Source of the DNA: Octopus bimaculoides
Taxonomy: Eukaryota
DNA: 42,379 nt
Assembly: GCF_001194135.2 (NCBI RefSeq)
Contig: NC_068983.1
Span: 147,040,195-147,082,573 of the forward strand
Direction: 5' to 3'
Shown: in pieces, positions 33,071 through 42,379 of the stretch
How positions within the stretch are numbered: the first letter of the stretch is position 1
How the letters are laid out: each line of letters begins with the position of its first letter
Program-made: the position numbers and the translations under genes
Notes under the pieces: model-generated
Told to the model about the DNA's origin: nothing
The model's input: only the letters and a program-made list of their open reading frames with translations
Databases searched by the model: none

Positions 33071-34644
33071 GAAAGAAAATAGCCTTTTATGAAGACAGTA
33101 AAGAGGACACACACTAAAAAAAAAAAAAAAAAAATCCGATCTAGTTGGTTTGACTGCCAGCATTTCAGAAATTAAGGTTTATCGAAAATTTTAAAAATTG
33201 ACACAATAGTATACTTTTCCAAGCTAAGTTGGTGGAGTTATTTCACTTTTTCCAGAAAAAATGTTTTTAAAAAGTTATAGTGGTTTAGAGTCTAATCATT
33301 TTCACCCAGTCAGGAAGCAGGATTTGGAAGCTGTCATTTTGTGCGTGACTGCACATTTTGTTGTCAGCATCCTCAAAATAGTACGTGTTTAGCATTCAAT
33401 ATGCATTTAATGCGATAGCGCGAACTTAAAAGATTTATCCACAAAACGTTATTTAGCTGTTATTTTTAGCACACCTCACAACCACCTCAATGACAAAAAG
33501 AAACAAAGAAACGAATAAACAAGTAGTTTTAAGCATTCAATATGCATTTAATGTAAATGCGATGAACAACACGTTACAAATTGAATATTTAAAAAAGACA
33601 AACATTTTGTTGGCCAGTTCATAAATTCACGTGCTTGATTGTCAACGGATAGGTAAAACAAGTGGTTTCAATATATTAGTCAACACGTGCTTTCTCGCAG
33701 ACAAAAAAGTTCTCGTGTTCCGCTTGTTACAATGGAAACAGGCCTGAACGTGTCTGTGGCTTACGATTGGCTAAAATTACCAAAAATTTCAAACTTTACT
33801 TGTTAATAATTCTTTATTTATTTATTTATTTATTTATTTATAGCGAAAATAATTTTCATGCCATTCATTAGCCAATAAAAGTGCATCATCACATTGAATA
33901 CGGAATCAATTCGAACAGAATTGATGCTGGCAGCCAATCCGACTAGATCCAAAAATTCCTTCGCAAACATTACAAATAAGTGAATCACCCTTCCTTATCA
34001 ACAGAAAGCGGGGGCCATCAAAAAATATCAGGAATATATCATTCAACCCGGCGTCATGGCACTCCCAAAAAAGGAAATGATTTGAATAAAAAAAAGAAAG
34101 ATCAATAATATGTAAGTACATTAATCTTAGAGAAAGAGACCTACAATGCCCTTCAACAGCCAAAATAAAAAAAAATGCCAGGAAGAAGTGTCGCCTTACG
34201 TAATTTATATCTACTGAAGAAATACCGATCACCTAAAAGCATTCTGCCCCACTGTGGAGAAATCGAGAGAAGTGCCTCACGTTGCACCACTATTCTCAAC
34301 GCCAAATCCGTTGCAATCCCAAAGAGGAAAGCAGTGGCAACTACAACGTTAAACACAGAAGCAGATAGGGAAAATGGCTAACGGAAATCCTACTGACCCT
34401 TAGACAGTGTTTCCTTTGTATGGTGGAAGAGGTTGTGTGGTGAACCAGGTTGAGCACGAAGGATAAACGACGAACCAAATCAAAAGCTATGGTACTTGAA
34501 AGAAAACCCAACTTTCATTCAAATAGTGAAAAATATATGAATATTCAGATCACAGTCAGGTTCCAAATGATTCTGCTAAAAGACTTGTAGGAAGACTACA
34601 CGGACGATTTGTGGAGTAAAGAGAATCAGGAATGGAAGGTGACC

Positions 34645-35155
34645 AGAGTGCTGATAAAGTTCTGATCAAATCTGCATCGTCATTTCTCAATGTCGTGGTG
34701 ATAGGTTACTCTTGGTCTTGTATTTTATTCATTCATTGATACTTTTTCATTCCCTTTCTTTTCGTTCCATACTGTACAGTAAATCGGTCTGTCCTTGAAT
34801 GGTTTAAGCAGGATTTGAGAGAAGAGATCGCTAGTTATCCACTAACCCTTTTCTGTAAATAGAGAAGCTCTGAATAGTCTCCATGATTTTCTCATAATGC
34901 AAAGTAGCCGATCATTTGGAAAGAAGGAAATAGAAATGAAGTGAATGTTAGTAAAAAATTTGGTTAAAGTATTTGACTGGTACTTTCTTTGTTTCTTGCA
35001 TTTCGATGTAGGCTACAGTGAAATGCTGGATAACAAACTGAAATCAACAATTCGCATCAAACGCCGAAGTCTACGGTAAAAGAAGTGCTATTGTCGCAGA
35101 ACAATGCACGCCCACACCGTTGAAACCTTTGAACATGAGTTTCGAGTAGCTGGAA
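34645..35155 (+). mobile_element. Old mariner relic
   Basis: KLKSTIRIKRR...VLLSQNNARPHT resembles mariner KLKPAIR.KRRG...LLHDNARPH. Confidence 0.55.
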
Positions 35156-35706
35156 TACTGTATATATAGTATTCATTCTCCCCATACAATTTCTTAAGCC
35201 TATCCTAAATCTCAGGTATGACTGTACTTAACATGATACAGTAATGTAATTTTCTTTTGTGGTTTGTTGTCTTCTCAATATCGGCTGGGGAAAACACATT
35301 TCGTCTGCAGTGTTTACTCGATACATAACTAAAATTTTATCATTTATACTTAATTTATGAATACTACGGTGTATCCTAGTCTAAAAATTCTCCTTCTCCT
35401 GAAGAATGTATCTAGTCTTTATTTGCTTTATTCTGTAGAACGACCATGCGAACCAAGGAGAATGGTGACGAATAGAACGGCTCCTTTTAACGCGTTACAC
35501 GGTCGACACAAATATAATAATATAAGTGAACTCACATATGAATGTGAAGAAGTGCCAACAAGGAAAAGAGAGAGACACAACCGATAAAGATGAATAAAGA
35601 GAAAATTTTATTAGAGCATTAAACTGTATGTTTGTAAGCAAAGGAGTGTGTGTAATACAAATATGTGTATGTGAATGCAACAGAATACAGAGCATAGAAA
35701 AGAGTC

Positions 35707-36374
35707 TGTAACAAGGACGTTAAGCGTCTTGAACACAAAGATAAGAAATACTAGTTCTTAGTTAAATTACACAGTAGGTTGAAAGTCTGTACATAAGAGG
35801 TTGTGGCCGAATAGCAGAGCTGAAGTGTCACATGTTGTGAGAAGAAGTTGAGGCTACGATGCTGCGACCGGTTACTTGGTACAGGAGTTCTCGCAGGTTG
35901 AGTTCTGGCTTTTATTCTCGTGGTGAAGAAATTCACACTAACAGTGTTGAGAGAAACTGCGGTTGCTGTTGGTAGTGTGTACGTAGAGGCGTCGAGTTGA
36001 CATTGGCGACGAAGCTTGTAGTAAACAGTTGAACGGTGGTGTTGATGTCGTCGCTGGAATCTGGCTGGCTGGAGTTCTGTGGTCAATGGCTAGACCTCAG
36101 AAGGTCTAAAGCCGCGGCAAACTGGCGTGGATGAAACAGGCTATTTTATAGGAAAAAATCGGCCCCAGAAGCATCAGAAAACACTCTCTCACGTGACCTT
36201 ATCAGAAGGCCACGATTGGTTGGTATGCACCCTGGCGCGAAACAGAATCAGAGATAAATGCCGTGCAAATAACAGCCAATCAAGGTGACGGACACAGCAG
36301 GGTCCAAGAAGACCAGCTGTTACTCGCTACATCCGCATTTACAAACATACAACCGAGAGAGAAACTTCGCTACA
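35707..36374 (-). mobile_element. Solo-LTR-like sequence
   Basis: Minus strand starts TGTAG (36374 or 36331) and ends TTACA (35707); TATA-like CCTATAAAATAG ~36141-36152, then AATAAA ~35910-35916. No TSD or PBS found. Confidence 0.45.
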
Positions 36375-37182
36375 ATCCAATACCCGATCAATAACCTATA
36401 TCTTACAGTTTTCAAATCCTGAAGTATAATCTCTGAAATGTTTATAAATGTATTGATCCTTACCCATTTAAAACGCCTGTCGGATTGAGATGGAATAGAT
36501 CCCGCCTGTCTGTGTTACTTCAGATGCTTAAAATATTTAGATCAAGCCTGAGTAGCCCCATTTATTAGCAACATTATTACACTCGCTTTCAGATTCGTAT
36601 TTTTCTTTTGTTGCACTCTTCGGTTTAATATAAACTACTTTAACAAGCTCACACTAGAGAGAAGCATTTAGTCGCTAGGAGCTATTTAAGAAGTGGTTGC
36701 ATTGCGCTCGTGATAAGCGTTTACCAACCACAATAATAATCATAAACAGTAAACAGCAATGGATAAAAAACGAACAGGATGTAAAACAAGATATTAAAAT
36801 CCCATAATATTCAGACACAAATGAACGTAAAGATACCAAGAAATTCTAAAGAAATCGACTCGCCGACGCGTATATCTATTTATATACATGAGAACACACA
36901 CACACACACACACACACATCAACTCAAAGACAAACTTAACAGAAGATGACATAAAAACAAACAACCACACACACACAATACCACCGGAACACATTAAAAT
37001 ATTACACATATCACGAGCATTTACTCCGGCGCGGTTGGTAAATGCCAGAAATATCTTTCAAAAAATCTTCATTCTGATCTTCTCATGGACAAACCAAAGC
37101 AAGAGACTACAGTTCCATATTTAAGAGATGAGAAATTATGTACATTATTTACATTCGACAGATATTTGTCCTCATTTTGTTA

Positions 37183-37226
37183 ACACACCGTTTCGGCTGA
37201 TATACACTCCAGCTTTCATCAGGTGT
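37183..37226 (-). ncRNA. Minimal hammerhead in the pLTR, probably inactivated
   Basis: ACAC-CTGATGA-A-AGCTG...CAGCC-GAAA-CGG-T-GTGT; the U of NUH is replaced by G relative to the other two copies. Confidence 0.65.
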
Positions 37227-37322
37227 GTTGGGGAAATTTCGAACCTGGGTTCTTATTCCTAAGGTATTTTTCGATGTTATTATTATTAATATCATTATTG
37301 TTGTTGTCATTATCATTATTCA

Positions 37323-37395
37323 GGTCACTGCCTAGAATCGAACTCGGAATCTTGGTGTTAGTAGCCTGCGCTCTTAACCACTACGCCATAAGCCC
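37323..37395 (-). promoter_or_regulatory. tRNA-Arg-like head (Pol III A/B boxes) inside the pLTR
   Basis: A box TGGCGTAGTGG; B box GAGTTCGATTC; AGATTCCGAGTTCGATTCTAGG parallels tRNA-Arg AGATTCCAGGTTCGACTCCTGG. Confidence 0.75.
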
Positions 37396-38084
37396 GTGAG
37401 CAATTATGGAGTGAATTTTAGAGCTTATAAATCTAATATTTTCCTATCCTTCCTTAATACCAGTTCTCATATGCTATTCATATCTGCACTCGGTCTGCGT
37501 AGGAGGTTGTTGTGTCGTAGCATATGTGCTGCTTCTTTTAGTTTTCGTATTTTCCAGTGGTGTTCTCTGTCTATTATTTTAACTTCATCCCACAGGGTGA
37601 GGTGGTATCCATTTTTCCATACATGATCAGCTACACCCGATCAATATCTCCTCGTGTCACAGCTTTGCGATGTTCGTCTACCCTTGTTTTTGAGGGGGCG
37701 ACATGTTTCGCCCTTGTATAACTTACCACAGCTGCATGGGATGGAGTACACACAGTCTTTGGTCATATTCTTTTCTATTAGTGGTTTTACTCGAAAGAGA
37801 TATTTGCGAAGTGTTGTATTACTCTTGAATACTGTCCTGATGTCATATGGGCCGCATATCTTTTGCATCTTCTCGGAGAGGCCTTTCACACAGCGTAGAC
37901 AGACTGTGGACAGTTTATTGGCTTCATCCTCTCTCTTCTTCATAATTGGAGTGGATAGTATACTTTTGGGTTAGTTATTGCTTAACAGATCATTCTTGAA
38001 CTTGATCATTTCTTTGTGGTGTGTATCACGATCGCTACTTATATTCTTTGCACGATGTTTTAGGCACTGAGCAATCCCTCTGAG

Positions 38085-38086
38085 CA

Positions 38087-38162
<76 letters not shown>
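38085..38162. repeat. (CAA)n(TAA)n microsatellite
   Basis: Direct reading. Confidence 0.95.
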
Positions 38163-38167
<5 letters not shown>

Positions 38168-38470
38168 CAAAGACCTGGAAATAGAGATAACTCGAATGTG
38201 GAATCTAAAAACAGAAACAATTCCTATCATAGTAGGTGCCTTAGGTATAATAAAAAAATATTCAGACAAATACATAACAAAAATAGCAGGACTTACAAAT
38301 ATATATAACATACAGAAAATTGCACTACTGGGTACTGCACACATTCTACGCAAAACACTTTCAATACAGTAAACATAAGAGCACCACAGCAAACCACAGC
38401 ACATACCCAAGGCGCACAGAGCTGCGCTCGGTAGTGAAGTGAAAGCACGTTATAAAAATAAAACTACTGA
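38163..38470 (+). mobile_element. R4/Dong-like family 1 3' end, 5'-truncated, in a TAA tract
   Basis: KYKDLEIEITRMWNLKTETIPIIVGALG...; 3' UTR matches 9210-9310. Confidence 0.92.
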
Positions 38471-38471
38471 A

Positions 38472-38632
38472 CAATAATAATAATAATAACATCAAAAAAT
38501 ATATTAGGAATGAAAACCAGGTTCGAAATTTCCTCAAGACACCTGATGAAGGCTGGAGGGTATATCAGCCGAAACGTTGTGTTAACAACAAACAAGATGA
38601 GGACAAATATCCGTCGAATGCAAATAATGTAC
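38472..38632 (+). mobile_element. Inverted partial pLTR copy of the 37110-38075 PLE
   Basis: Similar to the reverse complement of 37140-37300. Confidence 0.85.
38539..38582 (+). ncRNA. Minimal type I hammerhead ribozyme, motif intact
   Basis: Stem I ACAC/GTGT; CTGATGA plus an extra A; stem II GGCTG/CAGCC with a 10-nt loop; GAAA; palindromic ACGT in place of stem III; GUU cleavage triplet. Confidence 0.8.
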
Positions 38633-38699
38633 GAAGGAAGAGACAACAAAAACCTTCGAGCAGTAAGTAACTCTTTGTTCCCTTCAATTGTGTTTTAAC

Positions 38700-39207
38700 T
38701 CATTAGGATTATGATCAAGATTGGTTGTGTGAATGCGCGAGGCTTAGGGTCCCCTTGGAAACAAGGGTACCTCTTAAATGACATAAAGTCACACAAATTA
38801 CAAATCATAGCCATATATGAGACCAGACTCCATAATCCACGGGCCCTAAAGTCCATGTTTGGCGGACAGTTTAACATTTATTTTTCTTTCTGTCTGCCGA
38901 GAATGGGCGGTAGTGGCACGGCGGTACTTTTTCGCAAGAGTCTGGATCTCGAAGTAAAGACAATATTCGTAGACCCGGAGGGTCTACGAATATTGTCTTT
39001 ACTTGTCCTGGATGTCGACGGCAGCAATGGATGTGCATATCAGTCTACGCACCGCTTTTAACAGGTCGACCGGATTTCTTTCGATGTCTAGAAATATTCC
39101 TAGGAATGTCTCGTCTTTTACTTTTAGTGGGGGACTGGAATGCTACATTGGACACGCATCTTGACTATGTGGGCAGAGATAGTAATAGGAGGGGTTGCAA
39201 ATGCCTC
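38700..39207 (+). mobile_element. Tx1/L1-clade APE endonuclease fragment
   Basis: IGCVNARGL..IIAIYETRL..SGTAVLF..ISVYAP..LLVGDWNA.LD..LD. Confidence 0.85.
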
Positions 39208-39209
39208 GA

Positions 39210-39325
39210 GTGATATTATCAAGAAACTTCATCTTGTCTTTCCCTTTCAATACTCTGAGGTATTGCCCATGCATTATTTTCATTTTCCAGTTGTACAGTC
39301 TTTGCTGTCCATCTTGTTTCTTAAA
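39210..39325 (-). mobile_element. Small R4/Dong-like fragment
   Basis: WKMKIMHGQYLRVLKGKD, similar to the W..K.LHG.Y region. Confidence 0.55.
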
Positions 39326-39330
39326 TGATT

Positions 39331-39446
39331 TTAGTAGCCCGCGCTCTTAACCACTACGCCATATGCCCACGGGCATATGGCGTAGTGAGCGCGGGCTACT
39401 AACCCCAAGGTTCCGAGTTCGATTCACGGCAGCGACCTGATTAATA

Positions 39447-39503
<57 letters not shown>

Positions 39504-39650
39504 GTAACATCGATAGGAATGAGAATCCAGGTTCGAAATTTCCCCAAGACACCTGACGAAGGCTGGAGGGTATATCAGCCGAAACGTTGCGTTAACAACA
39601 AACAAGATGAGGACGAATATCCGTCAAATGTAAATAATGTAAATAATGTA
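39331..39650 (+). mobile_element. Solo tRNA-head + (TAA)n + hammerhead unit with an inverted duplication of its head
   Basis: Head 39371-39437, TAA tract, hammerhead 39549-39592, head palindrome 39331-39402; no PLE ORF adjacent. Confidence 0.85.
39549..39592 (+). ncRNA. Minimal hammerhead, core intact (CTGACGA), one stem I mismatch
   Basis: ACAC-CTGACGA-A-GGCTG...CAGCC-GAAA-CGT-T-GCGT. Confidence 0.75.
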
Positions 39651-39772
39651 TGATATATGATATATAACTAAAATTAGGGCTAAATCTATGAGGCATATGT
39701 GTAACCACTAATTACTTTGATTGATTGTATGTACCCTGTAAATATTTCCTGCTGTAAATGAAGCGCTCCTCA

Positions 39773-39805
<33 letters not shown>

Positions 39806-39879
39806 AAAAATAAATAGTAAATGAATAAATAAATAAATAAAATTCTAAAATAGATACTGCTTAATCATTTCCTTTATAC

Positions 39880-39940
39880 TGGTGCAGGAATGGCTGTGTG
39901 GTAAGAAACTTACTTTCCAACCACATGGTTCCGGGTTCAC
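39880..39940 (+). mobile_element. SINE family A head fragment
   Basis: GGTGCAGGAATGGCTGTGTGGTAAG...CCGGGTTCA. Confidence 0.8.
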
Positions 39941-40135
39941 TATAGGCACAAGGTCAGAATTTTAGTGGGAGGGGGATAGTCAATTACATCAACCTCAGTA
40001 CTCAATTGGTACTTACTTTATTGACCTCAGAAGGATGAAAGGCAAAGTCAACCTCGACAGCATTTGAACTCAGAATGCAAAGGCAGGCCAAATACCACTT
40101 AGCATTTTACCCAGCATGCTAATGATTCTGATGAT
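39941..40135 (-). mobile_element. SINE family C, tail type 2
   Basis: Reverse complement of the family C body. Confidence 0.8.
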
Positions 40136-40139
40136 GTGC

Positions 40140-41415
40140 CAGTGTTTAGACTGTGGGTGTTTCCAGGTTGATTTTTGTCAGGTAGGGAGATGAAATAGGG
40201 AGTTGAAGGATGACGAGTTCACACTCAGCACAAAGGCCCAGGAGGAGATGGCCATTGGCATTGCATTTCTCAATGCCGTGATGGCCAAGAATGCCATTCC
40301 ACAAACAATGGTCACTGCTGACTCTGCCGTTAAAATGTTCCAACAAGATGAGTTTGTCGTGCATGGGGACTTTCTGGGTGGTGTAGTCCAGCAGGTTGTA
40401 GAACAAAGCCTTGATGTCATCTTCAGATGTGAGGGTAGGGGCATACACAGAGATCAGTGTCAGGAATCTGTCGCGAATGAGTGGGATCTGAACAGTCATC
40501 AGGTGCTCATTGTCGGCAGTTGGGATGAGTCTGTGTTGGTCCATGAATTGCGTTTTGATGGCAAGGCCAACTCCATGGATGCATGGTTCATTAGGATTCT
40601 TCCCCTTCCAAAAGATGGTGTATTTGGAGCCAGCTTCCCTGATGCTGTCTTCTCTGAGAATCCTAGTCTCGCTTGAGGCTGCCACATTGATGTTGAAGCA
40701 GGCAAATTCCTTGCAGACGAGGGCTGTACATCGCTCTGGTCAACTAATATCACTCTTCTCCTGGAGAGTGCAGATGTTCCAGGCCCCGAAGGTGAGAGGT
40801 TATGAAACAGAGGATTTAGTAGAGTTCCGACTGCTAAGTGGGAGGCTCGCCAGCCGCGGTATGCTGGCCAGATCAAGTTGCTTTTCTAGGGGCTTCTCCT
40901 TGACGGATGGGTTGCAGTAATCCTAAAGAAGTCAGCTCAGTCACGAGTCTAGCTGCCAAACTCCAATGTAACGGCTATTCATTGGAAACTTCCAGCTTTC
41001 CAGACCTGCCTCCGGTGCCCATGATACCATCGACATTGGGCTTTATGAGACAGATTAGAAAGGCAAAGCCATTCACTGAGTAAATTGTTTGAGGTCACCA
41101 TGGTTGCGTGATGGCCACGTGCACACACTTGGCCAGGAACTTCTCCACTGTTGTTCAAGAATAGAGACGTGCAGTCTAGATGAGGCTGGTTGCAGCAAGC
41201 TGCCGGTAACTATCCACCTTTGTCACACTTGCCCGCCAGGCGTTGCCCTCTTCTGCCGGAGTCAATCCTTGGGGGCTTGAGATAGCCCTCCTCTGCTTGC
41301 TCAACCACTGGGGTCTTGATGTTGGTGTTTGGTCATGTTTAGTCTGGGGCCTCATCCCCGACCTTGCTGCCATGGGTGGCCTTACCAGAAGTCTAAGACT
41401 CCAGATGGCCATATA
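40140..41415 (-). mobile_element. RTE LINE 5' UTR and APE endonuclease, 3'-truncated
   Basis: LTFGAWNI; AA.SETR; YTIFWKG..HGVGLAI; LTLISVYAPT; KLILL..FNGRV; NANGHLLLGLC; HWH-like motif. Confidence 0.9.
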
Positions 41416-41439
41416 ATTTTGTTAATTTCCTTTTTCATA

Positions 41440-41810
41440 TGAATCAACCCTCGTCATCGACCACAACTGCTTTACCTGCCAAGATAACTTCTCATATCTC
41501 TTGATTTTTCTTTCTTTCTTATCGCATACCTTGTTGTCAGCTGGGCATGCTATATCTATGATCCAGCATGGTTTTTTTTTCTCAATTAAGACTATGTCTG
41601 CTTCCTATTCCCTATCTCATGGTTGTACTGAATCATGAAATCCCATAGGATCTTTGCATTTCTATTTTCGACAACGCCTTCAGGTTTGTGGTCGTACCTG
41701 TTTTTTACTCTGTCAAGTCCACACTTGTTGCAAAGTGTACAATGGACAAGCCTTGCTATATTGTCATGGTGTCTCTTATAATCCTTCCGGGCTAATGGTG
41801 TACATTGACT
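41440..41810 (-). mobile_element. R4/Dong-like (family 2 type) CCHC-RLE fragment
   Basis: YKRHHDNIARL; KPEGVVEN..KILWDFMIQ; IIDIACPAD. Confidence 0.75.
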
Positions 41811-42149
41811 GGTAATTATTATTATTATTGCTATTATTATTATTATTATTATGACATGCGTACAAAATCAAAGACTAATAACAGCAAAAAAAATTTTCTC
41901 AGTTAAAAATCATTGGCTAAAATACAGGTTTCAGGATATATTGCAATTTGTGAGTCACCAGTAAATATCCCAGTGTTATGATGAATGTATAAAAAAACTA
42001 GTTTCAGAGCTGGGAGTGATTCTTTTCTTTCTTTCTTTTTTTTTCTCAATGCTATAACAAATTTTATAACCATCAAAACAAACTTTGGAAGTTAGTGGGT
42101 CTAAATACAAGGCAATTAAAAAAGTAATACAAAGAAAATAGTGATAAAT

Positions 42150-42309
42150 GTCCATGACTGTGTGATAAGAAGCTTGCTACCCAACCACATAGTTCCAGGT
42201 TCAGACCCACTGTGTGACACCTTGGCAAAAGTCTACTACAATAACCTCAGGCCAACCAAAGCCTTGTAAGTGGATTTGGTAGATGAAAACTGAAAGAAGC
42301 CTGCCAATA

Positions 42310-42379
<70 letters not shown>
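42150..42379 (+). mobile_element. Diverged SINE family A head running into (ACAT)n(AT)n at the window end
   Basis: CCAACCACATAGTTCCAGGTTCAGACCC...GGATTTGGTAGA..AAACTGAAAGAAGCC. Confidence 0.85.

Larger units (their letters stand above)
37110..38075 (-). mobile_element. 5'-truncated Penelope/Poseidon-type PLE with a 3' pseudo-LTR (37110-37398)
   Basis: KGLSEKMQKICGPYDIRTVFKS..VYSIPCSCGKLYKGETCRPL (GIY-YIG); KIIDREHHWKIRKLKEA; pLTR about 35 bp after the ORF end. Confidence 0.9.

Noticed and set aside
33906-34381. Overlapping 67-108 aa ORFs
   Set aside because: No recognisable motif, splice structure or consistent frame.
37323-37395. Functional tRNA gene (also 39371-39437 and the SINE A/C heads)
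   Set aside because: Acceptor and T stems do not pair properly and the sequences are embedded in dispersed repeats; they are tRNA-derived, not tRNA genes.
1-42379. CRISPR array, operon or prokaryotic system
   Set aside because: No regularly spaced repeat-spacer structure and no intact dense ORFs; the content is eukaryotic transposon-derived DNA.

Overview
Eukaryotic, AT-rich, transposon-saturated DNA with four assembly gaps. No host protein-coding gene, real tRNA/rRNA gene or CRISPR array could be supported. The SINE families and the dense (CA)n/(TA)n/(TAA)n microsatellites suggest an octopus or related cephalopod genome (inference from recognised repeat families; no search was run). All recognisable coding sequence is decayed retro- or DNA-transposon: RTE LINEs, several R4/Dong-like RLE LINEs, Tx1/L1-like LINEs, two types of Penelope-like element (PLE), mariner and a probable Chapaev3-type (CMC) transposase. 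Most interesting result: the terminal repeat (pseudo-LTR) of one Penelope family appears to combine a tRNA-Arg-like Pol III head, a (TAA)n tract and a minimal, palindromic (probably dimer-dependent) hammerhead ribozyme. It occurs at the 3' end of the PLE ORF, inverted at the 5' side, and as a solo hairpin-headed copy. A second PLE family carries a differently built hammerhead with a long stem II inside ~220-bp inverted repeats. Other recurring themes are nesting of elements in microsatellites, 5'-inverted LINE copies, and two SINEs sharing a triplicated target site. Coordinates were read by eye and may be off by a few bases at element ends.
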